Assembly (NCBI GenBank): GCA_964613435.1
Contig: CAZTHA010000001.1
Span: 1 to 43,436 of the forward strand
Length of the DNA stretch: 43,436 bases
Source: an uncultured bacterium
Lineage (GTDB): Bacteria > Muiribacteriota > Ozemobacteria > Ozemobacterales > Ozemobacteraceae
Direction of reading: 5' to 3'
Below the pieces are notes generated by a model. It saw only the letters and a program-made list of their open reading frames with translations. It was not told the DNA's origin and ran no database searches. The position numbers and the translations under genes were made by a program. How positions within the stretch are numbered: the first letter of the stretch is position 1; each line of letters opens with the position of its first letter. Of the stretch, positions 34,869-43,436 are shown piece after piece.

Positions 34869-35537
34869 ATGCGATTATTAAAAACCATTGTTCCGATTTT
34901 ACTGGTTCTAGCCTTGTCTTTTCCTGTCTCATCCTTTGCTGAAGATAAGGTCGACCAGTTAATCGAACAGTTACAAGGTAAGTCTCAATATTTCGATGGT
35001 AATGGCGAGTCTTTGGGCTTTTTCGCCTCATGGACGACCAGAAATTATGAAGAAAACGTTCGAATCTATGCGGCCCGACTTTTGGTAAAGGAGCTTAACG
35101 CGGGTAATCGGGACAAAATAGTCATGGCCTTGATTGAAGCCTTGAAAAAGGGGGCCGATGATCGCGATACTGGCGACGGAATCATTTATAATCGCAGCGA
35201 GATAGCACTTTCACTCGCAAAAATTGGCGATGAAAGAGCGATTGAGCCTTTACTGCAAACTCTAATTGGTCGTGATAAATTGCCGATGATAAATTCGAAA
35301 GCTGGTCCAGAAAAGATAATTATCAAAAAAAACTCGACGAATCTTAATATCATCAAGGCTTTGGGGGCCTTTCGTGGTCTCAAGGCTGGCAACGCCGCCG
35401 CTCTTATGGAGCAGTTCCTTATTTTTGAACAGGATGCTCTGATAGCGAAGCATCTTCAGGAAAGCATAGATTTGATCGTTAATCAAACCGATCTTTCTCT
35501 GGAATTGGAACTTTATCTTCGACCGGAAAGGCCTTGA
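34869..35537 (+). CDS. Secreted HEAT-repeat (PBS-lyase-HEAT-like) protein
   Basis: Signal peptide MRLLKTIVPILLVLALSFPVSSFA. Repeats RIYAARLLVKEL...IVMALIEALKKG and IALSLAKIGDERAIEPLLQTL. Confidence 0.55.
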   Translation: MRLLKTIVPILLVLALSFPVSSFAEDKVDQLIEQLQGKSQYFDGNGESLGFFASWTTRNYEENVRIYAARLLVKELNAGNRDKIVMALIEALKKGADDRDTGDGIIYNRSEIALSLAKIGDERAIEPLLQTLIGRDKLPMINSKAGPEKIIIKKNSTNLNIIKALGAFRGLKAGNAAALMEQFLIFEQDALIAKHLQESIDLIVNQTDLSLELELYLRPERP

Positions 35538-35645
35538 TGAAAAGATTTTCTACTCTAAGGCTGTTGAACACGAAGTTTCTGATATGCTAATCTTTATTCA
35601 GGATTCATTTGAACGATCATTGTGCTAATTGCAGGGTAAACTAAG

Positions 35646-36356
35646 ATGAAAATGCTATTACAGGTAAAAGAATTAACAAAGAATTTTGGTGAAGTCTGTA
35701 TTTTAGACAAGCTATCATTGGAAGTGGCACAGGGTGAAATTTTTGGCATTCTCGGTCTCAACGGAATTGGTAAAACGACTCTTTTCAAATGCGTTCTTGG
35801 TCTAATTTCACGCAATCATGGCGAGATCTTTTATGGCGATCGACCGCTTGATCGCAAGATAATTCACGAAAAGATCGGTTATCTTCCTGAGTTTTACCTG
35901 CCGCCGGGAGAATTGACCGGTTTCGAATACCTTCGTTTGTTGAGTCTGGCCGTATCTGGTCCAAAGCCAGACATAGAGGAATTGTTTCGCAAAACCGATC
36001 TGGATTCGGCCAAACCGATTCGAGATTATTCAAGAGGTATGATTCAACGGCTTGGGCTAGCCATTTCACTGTTGAAGTCCCCCGAATTCATCATCCTCGA
36101 TGAGCCCACTCTTGGCCTTGATCCTCTGGCACGGCAGAACCTTCTGGAATGGTTGAAAGAGCTGAATCAGCAGGGTCAGACAATTTTGCTTTCATCCCAC
36201 GACTTTTCTCAAGTTGAAAAGCTTTGCCGAAGAATAGCCGTTCTTCATGACAAAGAAATTCGCTACAGTGGCCGTCTGAATGATTTTTTGCAGAAGCATT
36301 CGGCCAGAAACCTTGAAGAGGCATTTTTGAAAGAAATAGGAGTCAAATATGCGTAA
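35646..36356 (+). CDS. ABC-2-type transporter ATP-binding protein
   Basis: Walker A GLNGIGKTT, signature variant YSRGMIQRLGLA, Walker B FIILDEPTLGLD, H-loop LSSHD. Confidence 0.85.
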   Translation: MKMLLQVKELTKNFGEVCILDKLSLEVAQGEIFGILGLNGIGKTTLFKCVLGLISRNHGEIFYGDRPLDRKIIHEKIGYLPEFYLPPGELTGFEYLRLLSLAVSGPKPDIEELFRKTDLDSAKPIRDYSRGMIQRLGLAISLLKSPEFIILDEPTLGLDPLARQNLLEWLKELNQQGQTILLSSHDFSQVEKLCRRIAVLHDKEIRYSGRLNDFLQKHSARNLEEAFLKEIGVKYA

Positions 36357-37110
36357 AACGATGGCTATGGCTGCTATAACTTTTATGCAGGGCTTCAGAA
36401 CCCAGACGTTTAGAATTGTGGCTCTGGTGTTCGCGGCCCTTTTGACCGTCAGCTATTTTCTTAAGGTCCTTTCGGTGGGCCACAAGGACATAATGTTGCG
36501 TAGCTTCAGTTTGACGGCAATGGAGGTCAGTGGCCTGCTTCTGATTATTTTTGGCTGTATCAATGGTTACTATCGGGAAAAGGAAACGCGCCTGCAGGCT
36601 ATTCATTTAACTTTTATGTCTTATTTTGACCATGTTCTCGGTCGATTGATTGGTAATTGCCTGCTGATAGGTGCCTATGTCGGACTCTCAGCAATTGCCT
36701 GTTCAGGTATCCTTCTGATGGAAGAGGCCTGGCATTTATCATTTTTATTCGGCGCCTGGTCGATAATGCTCAAACTTTTTATCGTTTGCGCTTTCAGTTC
36801 ACTGTTTTCCAACCTTTTTTCATCTCCTGTTTTTGCTTCGCTGATGACTGTTTTTATTGATTTCGCGGCTGAATACGCTTATTTTCCGCTTACCATGATG
36901 AGTCACATTCCGACAATGGTTCCTAACGCCCTTTCCAGGTTTTTTTATCATCTTTTGCCTAACTACGATAAGATAGATTTAAAATACATCGCAGCTCACG
37001 GAACCCTGCCAAAAGCGTCTTATCTTGCTGAAACGGGAATCTACACGTTGCTTTATTTTGCGATAATCTTTTTGATTTCATGGAAAGCGTTTGAACGTCA
37101 TGAACATTGA
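36349..37110 (+). CDS. ABC-2-type permease (6 TM-like segments)
   Basis: 8-nt overlap with the ATPase gene. Polytopic hydrophobic protein. The call is by context. Confidence 0.6.
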   Translation: MRKTMAMAAITFMQGFRTQTFRIVALVFAALLTVSYFLKVLSVGHKDIMLRSFSLTAMEVSGLLLIIFGCINGYYREKETRLQAIHLTFMSYFDHVLGRLIGNCLLIGAYVGLSAIACSGILLMEEAWHLSFLFGAWSIMLKLFIVCAFSSLFSNLFSSPVFASLMTVFIDFAAEYAYFPLTMMSHIPTMVPNALSRFFYHLLPNYDKIDLKYIAAHGTLPKASYLAETGIYTLLYFAIIFLISWKAFERHEH

Positions 37111-37930
37111 GATTTTCATTAACCGATATTACTGGCTGGTTTTTCTCTCTCTGTTGCTGATCAATGTTTCCCTGTCTGTGCACCTTGGCAAGATCGCTCC
37201 CTTTGAAGAGAGAAAACTGTTGTTCGTTCCAGAGCCTGAATATGTCGAACGAATCAGCGGTACTTTTCGAAATCCGGTTGCTTTGATGTTTTATATGAAA
37301 GGCGCCCAGGAGCTGGCTTACAATTCAGCCAAAAAATTCGATCTTCTGATTGCGCTGTTCCGGCTTACTTTGCATTTAGATCCCAAAATTCTGCAGGCCG
37401 CCTTTTTGGGCGGTATGGTCGCACCGGCCCGTTATCGCAATATTCCCAGGGCAATCGAGTTGCTCAAGGAAGCGGAAGCAATGCTGCCCGAAGAATGGCG
37501 CCTGCCCTACTGGATCGGTTTCAATTATCTGCAGATCAATGAATACGAAAAGGCGGCGGAATACTATAAAAAGGCGGCAAAGCTTCCAGGAGCCCTGCCT
37601 TTTCTGGAAACCTCTTCGGTTCATATCTTGAGCCGGGGAAAGAATCTGGCGATGGCCGTGGCAGAGGCTGAGCGTCTTTTAGCCGCCAGCAAAGACCAGG
37701 AAACCAAAGATCTGATGAAGTTGCGACTTGATTGGTTAAGAACGATGCAGTTTCTCGAAGATCGAAACCGCGATTTCAAAAAAAAGGTCGGCAGGTATCC
37801 GCAGCGCCTTCAGGAGCTGGTTGAGCACGGAATTTTAACTGCTCTGCCGCCGGATGAATTTGGCGAAGGATTCTACCTTGTCAATCCAGGCGATTTTGAC
37901 GAGGGTTATATGGTCAGAAGTAATTTCTGA
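37091..37930 (+). CDS. Membrane-anchored TPR-repeat protein
   Basis: N-terminal TM helix YYWLVFLSLLLINVSLSV. TPR-like WIGFNYLQINEYEKAAEYYKKAAKLPGA. Overlaps the permease gene by 20 nt. Confidence 0.55.
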   Translation: MNVMNIEIFINRYYWLVFLSLLLINVSLSVHLGKIAPFEERKLLFVPEPEYVERISGTFRNPVALMFYMKGAQELAYNSAKKFDLLIALFRLTLHLDPKILQAAFLGGMVAPARYRNIPRAIELLKEAEAMLPEEWRLPYWIGFNYLQINEYEKAAEYYKKAAKLPGALPFLETSSVHILSRGKNLAMAVAEAERLLAASKDQETKDLMKLRLDWLRTMQFLEDRNRDFKKKVGRYPQRLQELVEHGILTALPPDEFGEGFYLVNPGDFDEGYMVRSNF

Positions 37931-37933
37931 ACC

Positions 37934-39745
37934 TCAGTCTTTGCTGATTCCCAATTTCCTTGCCAGCTCGCGCGGGTCGGTGGTATTGCTCAGGGCCTCT
38001 TCCTTGGTTATTTTGCCCGACTGCACAAGTTTGAAGAGATCGTCATTCAGCAGTCGATTGCCCCGATTCTGCCCGGTAGTCATGGCGGTTAGAAGCATGT
38101 GGGTGCGACCTTCGCGAATCATGTTACCCATGGCGTAGTCCATTACCAGGATTTCGAGGGCGGGAACCCGTCCTCCGCCGATTTTGCGGCAAAGGGTCTG
38201 GCAGCAGACTCCGAGCAGGTTGTCGGCGAGTCCGGCGCGAATCTGTTCCTGCGCTTCTGCGGGAAACTGATCGACAATTCTGTTGACCGTACTGATGGCA
38301 GTTGAAGTATGAAGTGTGGCGAGCACCAGATGCCCGGTATTTGCGGTTTCCAGGGCCATAGCAATGGTTTCAAGGTCACGCATTTCACCGACGAGCACTA
38401 CGTCTGGGTCTTCACGCAAGGCGGCCTTAAGGGCTCTGGCGAAAGAAGAGGTGTGAACGCCGACTTCCCTTTGGTTCACCAGAGCTTTGCGACTCTGGTG
38501 CACAAATTCGATCGGGTCTTCAATGGTCAGAATGTGGCATTCGCGGGTTCTGTTGATGTGGTCAAGCATGGCGGCCAGGGTTGTACTTTTACCGCTGCCT
38601 GTCGGGCCGGTTACCAGAATCAGCCCTTTGGGAGATTCGGCCCATGATCGCAAAACCGCAGGCATACCCAGGTCTTCGAGGGTAAAAATCGTATTGGGTA
38701 TGTGCCTGAAAACGGCGCTGACACCGTTTTGGTCGCGTAACAGATTGATGCGAAAGCGTGAGTGCTTATCCATAGCGTAGGCAAAATCTTCATCGCCAGT
38801 GGTTTTAAATTCTTCGATTGCTTCATTGCGCATAATCGGCTGAAGAAGCTCGAATACTTCTTCGGAGCCCAGCTTGTTAAAACCGGCAATTGACATGATC
38901 CGTCCATCGATGCGCCAACGCGGTATCTGACCGGCCGATAGGTGTAGGTCAGATCCGCCTTCTTCGACGAGCCTTTTAAGAAGTTCATCGACATGTTTCG
39001 CACCTGAGCGGCCTTCAGCCCTGGTGGCCAGAACTTTTTCTCCGGCGTAGCCCTGCATGATCTTTTGAAAGTAGTCGGTTTCTATGGAAACCGGTTCGAT
39101 TTTCATACTTGGAAGAAGATGGGAAACCGAGGCGAGCAAACTGTCATCCATTCTTTCACAGTAGCCGAGTAAAAGACGGTTTTCTTCTTTCTTCACCGGG
39201 ACAACCCGGTGTCTTTGCATAAACGCTATTGGTATCAGGCCAAGTATTTCAACCGGAGGAACGGGGGCATCGCCACGAAATTCACGATGTGCAGGTGGGC
39301 GCGAGGTCTTTTTTAATCTCTCTGCCAGCATGCGCATCATCGACATGCCTGCTTCAGGAATGGATACGACCACTTTTCTGAAAACTTCCCGGGCAAGTTT
39401 GAGAATCATGGTTTGCCCTTTGGCTACACATGAGGCGGTGCGTTTCTCGTTGAGAATTACGGCCATTTCGCCGACCATTTGCGACGGCTCGAGTCTGGTA
39501 ATTTCAATCTGCTCTTCATCTTCTCCGACTACGACTGCAACCTGACCGGTGATTATGACAAAAAGAAAATCGGCTGGGTCACCGGTCTTGAGAATGAACT
39601 CTCCATCCTCGTATGCTTCGATAGTTCCTGCCTTGCTGATAACCTGGTCCCGTTGTGCGTCACTCAAAGGTTCAAAAAAAGGGTTGGTGTCGAAGGCTTT
39701 GTTTGCCTTGTCGAGAATTTCGGTTGTCCTCTCAAGAATTTTCAT
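37934..39745 (-). CDS. pilT: Cyclic-nucleotide-binding domain + T2SSE_N domain + PilT-type retraction ATPase fusion
   Basis: cNMP domain: FILKTGDPADFLFVIITGQVAVV and phosphate-binding cassette GEMAVILNEKRTASCVA. T2SSE_N-like: LIPIAFMQRHRVVPVKKEENRLLLGY. PilT core: LILVTGPTGSGKSTTLAAML, ILTIEDPIEF, DPDVVLVGEMRDLETI, TGHLVLATLHT, AMGNMIREGRTH. Confidence 0.8.
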   Translation of the reverse strand: MKILERTTEILDKANKAFDTNPFFEPLSDAQRDQVISKAGTIEAYEDGEFILKTGDPADFLFVIITGQVAVVVGEDEEQIEITRLEPSQMVGEMAVILNEKRTASCVAKGQTMILKLAREVFRKVVVSIPEAGMSMMRMLAERLKKTSRPPAHREFRGDAPVPPVEILGLIPIAFMQRHRVVPVKKEENRLLLGYCERMDDSLLASVSHLLPSMKIEPVSIETDYFQKIMQGYAGEKVLATRAEGRSGAKHVDELLKRLVEEGGSDLHLSAGQIPRWRIDGRIMSIAGFNKLGSEEVFELLQPIMRNEAIEEFKTTGDEDFAYAMDKHSRFRINLLRDQNGVSAVFRHIPNTIFTLEDLGMPAVLRSWAESPKGLILVTGPTGSGKSTTLAAMLDHINRTRECHILTIEDPIEFVHQSRKALVNQREVGVHTSSFARALKAALREDPDVVLVGEMRDLETIAMALETANTGHLVLATLHTSTAISTVNRIVDQFPAEAQEQIRAGLADNLLGVCCQTLCRKIGGGRVPALEILVMDYAMGNMIREGRTHMLLTAMTTGQNRGNRLLNDDLFKLVQSGKITKEEALSNTTDPRELARKLGISKD

Positions 39746-39763
39746 TGAAATTTTTCCTCCAGC

Positions 39764-39925
39764 CTACATTCCGCCGGTAGAGGCGAATTCAACGTGATCT
39801 GAAAGGAAAATCATCAAAAGAACCATGGCGACAAAGAGCCCGATCATCACCATTACTGCCTTTTTATGGGCGGCTTTAAGGTCGTATTTGGGTTTTTCCT
39901 GGTCTTTGATCTGGTCTTTACTCAT
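39764..39925 (-). CDS. 53-aa single-pass membrane protein upstream of the PilT fusion
   Basis: MSKDQIKDQEKPKYDLKAAHKKAVMVMIGLFVAMVLLMIFL. GGGAG RBS 5-6 nt upstream of ATG 39925. Ends 18 nt before the pilT-like start. The track's 83-aa version begins in an unlikely leader. Confidence 0.45.
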   Translation of the reverse strand: MSKDQIKDQEKPKYDLKAAHKKAVMVMIGLFVAMVLLMIFLSDHVEFASTGGM

Positions 39926-40119
39926 TCTTGGTCTCCCGGTAGAAATCTTGAAATTTGCCTCATAGAGAATAATGCTTTTGCTAAAAGCATGCAAGCAGGT
40001 GAGATGGTAAAACACAAAATCGGTTAGAACCTTAAAAAAATAGTTTTTTCGAAAGAAACTGTGTAAAATTCATTTAATAAAGTTCGGGCTTGCCTGTTTA
40101 TCAATGGAGGGAATGAACC

Positions 40120-42462
40120 ATGCGCAAAATAATAGCAATAATTGCACTCCTGCTGACATTCACCAGTTGTTTAAATGCTCAGACAAACGATGTAATGCAG
40201 ACAATTTCTGATTATGTCAAAATCTATCATGACGAAACCAATATGCCGCATGTGGTTGCCAGCTCTACCTCTGGTGCGTTTTTTGGCTATGGTTACTGTG
40301 TCGGTCGCGATCGCATGTTTCAGCTTGAAATATTGAGGCGTTCAACCGAAGGTACTTTGGCGGAAGTTTTTGGCGAAGACTTTGTCGAGGCCGATTTTAT
40401 GGCACGTCGCGATGCCGTTTCCTTTTCAGAAATGGAACAGGAACTCGAAAGGTGCAGTGTAAGGTTTAAAACCGCTTTAACGGCATTTACCCGGGGGTTG
40501 AATCGCGCTATCGACGAGGTCAGAAAAGAAAAATTCCGGCTTGATCCGGCTTTTAAACGGACGGGCATCTCCCCGGTCAATTTCAATGAAATCCAGGTTT
40601 TGAACATTTTTGCCGGAACCATGGCTGCGCGATATAATGATTTTTCGCAGGAATTGGATAACCAGCATCTACTGACCACACTGGTCAGGAAATATGGAGC
40701 CAGAACCGCTTCGAACATTTTTGAAGACGTTGTTTTTTATGAAGACGAAAAGGTTTATACAACCCTTGGCGAAATGCCATATTTCAAACCCGGTTATCGT
40801 TATCCATCTGGTTTTACGCCCCATGGACAGTCTGAACAGCCGCTTCATTCGCCGACCTTGCGCAATCGCAAACGAAATGCAATTTTGAAAAGTGCGGGGA
40901 TTCCAGATAAATCCGGCAGCTATGCGGTGGTGATGTCGAAATTGTATCGCGGCGAAAAGAAAGCCTGGTTGCTTGGCGGCCCGCAAATGGGTTATTTCAA
41001 ACCTTCGGCAGTTTACAGCATTGGTATGCATACGCCCGAATTCGATATTGTCGGTAGTACTCCGGTGGGTTACATTTTCGTCATGTTTGCCGCCAACCGC
41101 AACCTTGGTTTTACAGCAACCGCCGGAGTCGGCAATTTGGTCGATATTGTCGCGGCGACCCAGAATCCGCGCCTCGAAAATTTCCTTATCGTTGGCGATA
41201 TGTCGATTGAAAAGAAAAAGCGGCTTGAGCAGATAATGGTAAAGGGCCGAAAAGAATCGATTATGCGGGAAGTCATCGATACGGAAATGGGCCCAATCGT
41301 TGCCGTTGATGGCGATGTCTGGTATATCAAAAATCGTGCCTGGCGAGGCCATGTAATCGAATCTTATCAGGGTTGGTTCGACTCTACTTTTGCCGAAGAT
41401 ATCGGGCAATGGCTTGAATGTTCCGATCGGAATGCGTTGTCAATAAACTGGCTGGCCGCCGATCGCAATGGCAATATTGCTTACGTGCACTGCGGCTTGG
41501 GAAAGAGCCGGCGAAGCTTTGGTGATGACCGCATGCCGGTTTCGCGCCCGAGCGTTTTTCCTGCCCCTGATGCAAGACTTGCCGGAATGAACCCGGCCAC
41601 CGGATTTTATGTGAACTGGAATTGCCCGCCGGTAAAAGGCTATCGTGATGGTGACCTGCAATCAGGTTGGGCAGCCGATCAACGCAGCAAGTATCTGGCG
41701 GATCATGTGTTGATCAACAACCATGCCTGGTCGATCGATTACCTCAAAAAACTCGACCAGGACATTGCCTTTACCGATTTGCGGGCGTACATGTTCAAAG
41801 ATCTTCTGGTAAGTTTCATCGATGTCAGCCTGTTTTCACCGGTTCAGCAGAAAGCCTATCAGGCCATGATCGACTGGAATAATCTGCGTTGTGATGACGA
41901 CGAAGACGGCTTTTTCGATGATGCCGGCGCTGGCGTTTTTGATGCATATTTCAATAATCTTTTCAGTGCCATATTTGCCGAGCCTTTGGGCGAATTTGCC
42001 TGGATGGTGAGTTCTGACCCGACCTGGACCCAGTCAGCCTTGATGGCCAGAGCTATTCTTGGGCAAAGCAACCATGATTATTTTGGTCAAGACAGTTCAA
42101 GAGACCTTTTGACCAGGGTTTTTGTCGAAACCGTAAATAAAATTACCCCTGATGGCTACAATTTGCAGAAATTTCCGTGCCCACCGATGCAGTTTGCCGG
42201 GATTAATCATGTTGGTGCACCGACAATGGTTGCCGAGGCCAGCTTCAGCCCATTTATGAATCGTGGCAGTGATGTGCAGATCATGGAACTTAGCCCCGAA
42301 GGAATAAAGATTCTTGGCTGCATGCCTCCGGGAAACACTTCCCAGGGTGAATTCGCTGAAGACCAGATGCGCGACTTTCGCGATTTCGTTTTTCACCCGC
42401 GGGCATTGACCATGAAGGAAGTTCGCCGTCTAACCGGTAGATTCAGTGTGTTGCGACCTTGA
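40120..42462 (+). CDS. Penicillin-acylase-family Ntn hydrolase (possible acyl-homoserine-lactone or beta-lactam acylase)
   Basis: Signal peptide MRKIIAIIALLLTFTSCLNA. GYGYCVGRDRMFQLEILRRSTEGTLAEVFGEDFVEADFMARR matches the alpha-subunit block (DRLxQMxxxRR...G.LsE.lG). Candidate autoproteolytic nucleophile in DKSGSYAVVMS (compare G-SNxWxV). RBS GGAGGG. Confidence 0.75.
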   Translation: MRKIIAIIALLLTFTSCLNAQTNDVMQTISDYVKIYHDETNMPHVVASSTSGAFFGYGYCVGRDRMFQLEILRRSTEGTLAEVFGEDFVEADFMARRDAVSFSEMEQELERCSVRFKTALTAFTRGLNRAIDEVRKEKFRLDPAFKRTGISPVNFNEIQVLNIFAGTMAARYNDFSQELDNQHLLTTLVRKYGARTASNIFEDVVFYEDEKVYTTLGEMPYFKPGYRYPSGFTPHGQSEQPLHSPTLRNRKRNAILKSAGIPDKSGSYAVVMSKLYRGEKKAWLLGGPQMGYFKPSAVYSIGMHTPEFDIVGSTPVGYIFVMFAANRNLGFTATAGVGNLVDIVAATQNPRLENFLIVGDMSIEKKKRLEQIMVKGRKESIMREVIDTEMGPIVAVDGDVWYIKNRAWRGHVIESYQGWFDSTFAEDIGQWLECSDRNALSINWLAADRNGNIAYVHCGLGKSRRSFGDDRMPVSRPSVFPAPDARLAGMNPATGFYVNWNCPPVKGYRDGDLQSGWAADQRSKYLADHVLINNHAWSIDYLKKLDQDIAFTDLRAYMFKDLLVSFIDVSLFSPVQQKAYQAMIDWNNLRCDDDEDGFFDDAGAGVFDAYFNNLFSAIFAEPLGEFAWMVSSDPTWTQSALMARAILGQSNHDYFGQDSSRDLLTRVFVETVNKITPDGYNLQKFPCPPMQFAGINHVGAPTMVAEASFSPFMNRGSDVQIMELSPEGIKILGCMPPGNTSQGEFAEDQMRDFRDFVFHPRALTMKEVRRLTGRFSVLRP

Positions 42463-42520
42463 CTTGAAAAGCCGGCAGTTTTCGGCTATTACTCTTGAAA
42501 ACTAAGTTAAAGCTGGAATT

Positions 42521-43436
42521 ATGGAAAAAAATGCAAAGATCTATGTGGCCGGCCACCGCGGCCTGGTTGGCAGTGCTTTGGTCAGAAATCTTCGGGCTGC
42601 CGGCTATGAAAACCTGATTTATCGAACTTCGACTGAACTGGATTTGAGGGATTCACACCTTGTAAAAGAGTATTTGTTGAAAGAGAGGCCTGAATACGTA
42701 TTTCTTGCCGCTGGAAAAGTCGGTGGAATTATGGCTAACAATGATTTTCCCGCCGACTTCATCTATGATAACCTGGCAATTCAGAATTCGGTGATCCACG
42801 GTTGTTATCTTGCGGGAGTGAAACGCTTGATGTTTCTTGGCTCTTCTTGTGTTTATCCGCGTGAATGTCCGCAGCCAATCAAAGAAGAGTATCTTCTGAC
42901 CGGCCCGCTTGAGAAAACCAACGACGCTTACGCAATTGCCAAAATTGCCGGCATCAAAATGTGTGAGAGCTTCAATCGTCAGCACCAGACCAGGTATCTG
43001 GCGGTTATGCCGACAAATCTGTATGGTCCATGGGACAATTATGACCTTGAGAGCTCGCATGTTTTGCCGGCGATGTTACGCAAGTTTCATGAAGCCAGGC
43101 AGGATGGCAATCGCCCGGTAAAACTCTGGGGTAGCGGTAGCCCGCGGCGTGAATTCCTTCATGCCGACGATATGGCCGATGCCTGTATTTTTCTGATGAA
43201 TTTGCCTGATGAAAAGCTGTTTGAACAAGGTTTCCCGTTGATCAATATCGGTTGTGGCGAAGACGTCAGTATTAAAGAACTGGCCGAACTAATCGCCAAA
43301 ACCACTGAATTCACCGGACACATTGAATGGGACTCAGAAAAGCCCGATGGCACCCCGAGAAAACTGCTCAATGTCGAACGTCTTACCAGACTTGGCTGGC
43401 AGGCAAAAACAAGCCTTGAAGAGGGCCTTGCCAAGG
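42521..43436 (+). CDS. fcl: GDP-L-fucose synthase (GDP-4-keto-6-deoxy-D-mannose 3,5-epimerase/4-reductase), 3'-truncated by the window edge
   Basis: Not in the supplied ORF track because no stop lies inside the window. My own translation from ATG 42521 gives MEKNAKIYVAGHRGLVGSALVRNL..ELDLRD..VFLAAGKVGGIMANNDFPADFIYDNLAIQNSVIH..LMFLGSSCVYPRECPQPIKEEYLLTGPLEKTNDAYAIAKIAGIKMCES..MPTNLYGPWDNYDLESSHVLPAMLRKFHEA...LWGSGSPRREFLHADDMADA. This is near-consensus Fcl/WcaG, including the SDR YxxxK (YAIAK). Confidence 0.9.
   Translation, partial: MEKNAKIYVAGHRGLVGSALVRNLRAAGYENLIYRTSTELDLRDSHLVKEYLLKERPEYVFLAAGKVGGIMANNDFPADFIYDNLAIQNSVIHGCYLAGVKRLMFLGSSCVYPRECPQPIKEEYLLTGPLEKTNDAYAIAKIAGIKMCESFNRQHQTRYLAVMPTNLYGPWDNYDLESSHVLPAMLRKFHEARQDGNRPVKLWGSGSPRREFLHADDMADACIFLMNLPDEKLFEQGFPLINIGCGEDVSIKELAELIAKTTEFTGHIEWDSEKPDGTPRKLLNVERLTRLGWQAKTSLEEGLAK

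Noticed and set aside
40669-41409. 246-aa minus-strand ORF inside the penicillin-acylase-family gene.
   Set aside because: It is a shadow ORF. The + strand frame has family-specific blocks across the same region.
42653-43434. Two minus-strand track ORFs (135 aa and 91 aa).
   Set aside because: The + strand encodes a near-consensus GDP-L-fucose synthase over the same bases.
1-43436. Looked for CRISPR arrays, long tandem repeats, tRNA/rRNA genes, and transposase/integrase/recombinase genes or terminal inverted repeats.
   Set aside because: Nothing of the kind was recognisable by eye. All longer intergenic regions (11.0-11.27, 16.95-17.19, 21.39-21.86, 26.97-27.15 kb) are unique, A/T-rich promoter-like DNA. 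An exhaustive repeat or tRNA scan (e.g. tRNAscan-SE, self-dotplot) was not possible here.

Overview
Dense bacterial chromosomal window with roughly 39 protein-coding genes on both strands and many 4-nt or abutting gene junctions. I recognised no rRNA, tRNA, CRISPR array, transposase or integrase. Taxon cannot be assigned by eye; pilins, a PilT ATPase and ECF/anti-sigma pairs suggest a diderm, probably uncultivated bacterium of about 45% GC (my estimate). Content in order: a minor-pilin-like gene string plus a secreted C11 peptidase; a divergent SelO/YdiU-like pseudokinase facing a tightly coupled three-radical-SAM operon; SulP permease, MBL hydrolase, and MscS-type channel coupled to UvdE; ArsB/NhaD-type permease; lipase-like hydrolase overlapping PhaR; an ECF sigma/anti-sigma/secreted-protein operon; a phasin-like high-expression cassette; a large membrane protein with two Tim44-like/zinc-ribbon modules and a TerB-like end; a soluble G3E GTPase/ABC ATPase/DUF364 triad; a DAACS symporter; a histidine kinase/REC-HDOD/REC-PP2C operon; MATE, HEAT, ABC-2 and TPR genes; a cNMP-binding/T2SSE_N/PilT fusion; a penicillin-acylase-family Ntn hydrolase; and a 5'-partial GDP-L-fucose synthase that is missing from the ORF track. 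The best candidates for undescribed systems are the radical-SAM operon with its SelO-like neighbour (3062-9320) and the G3E/ABC/DUF364 triad (24470-26966). All family calls are motif recognition by eye and need HMM or structure confirmation.
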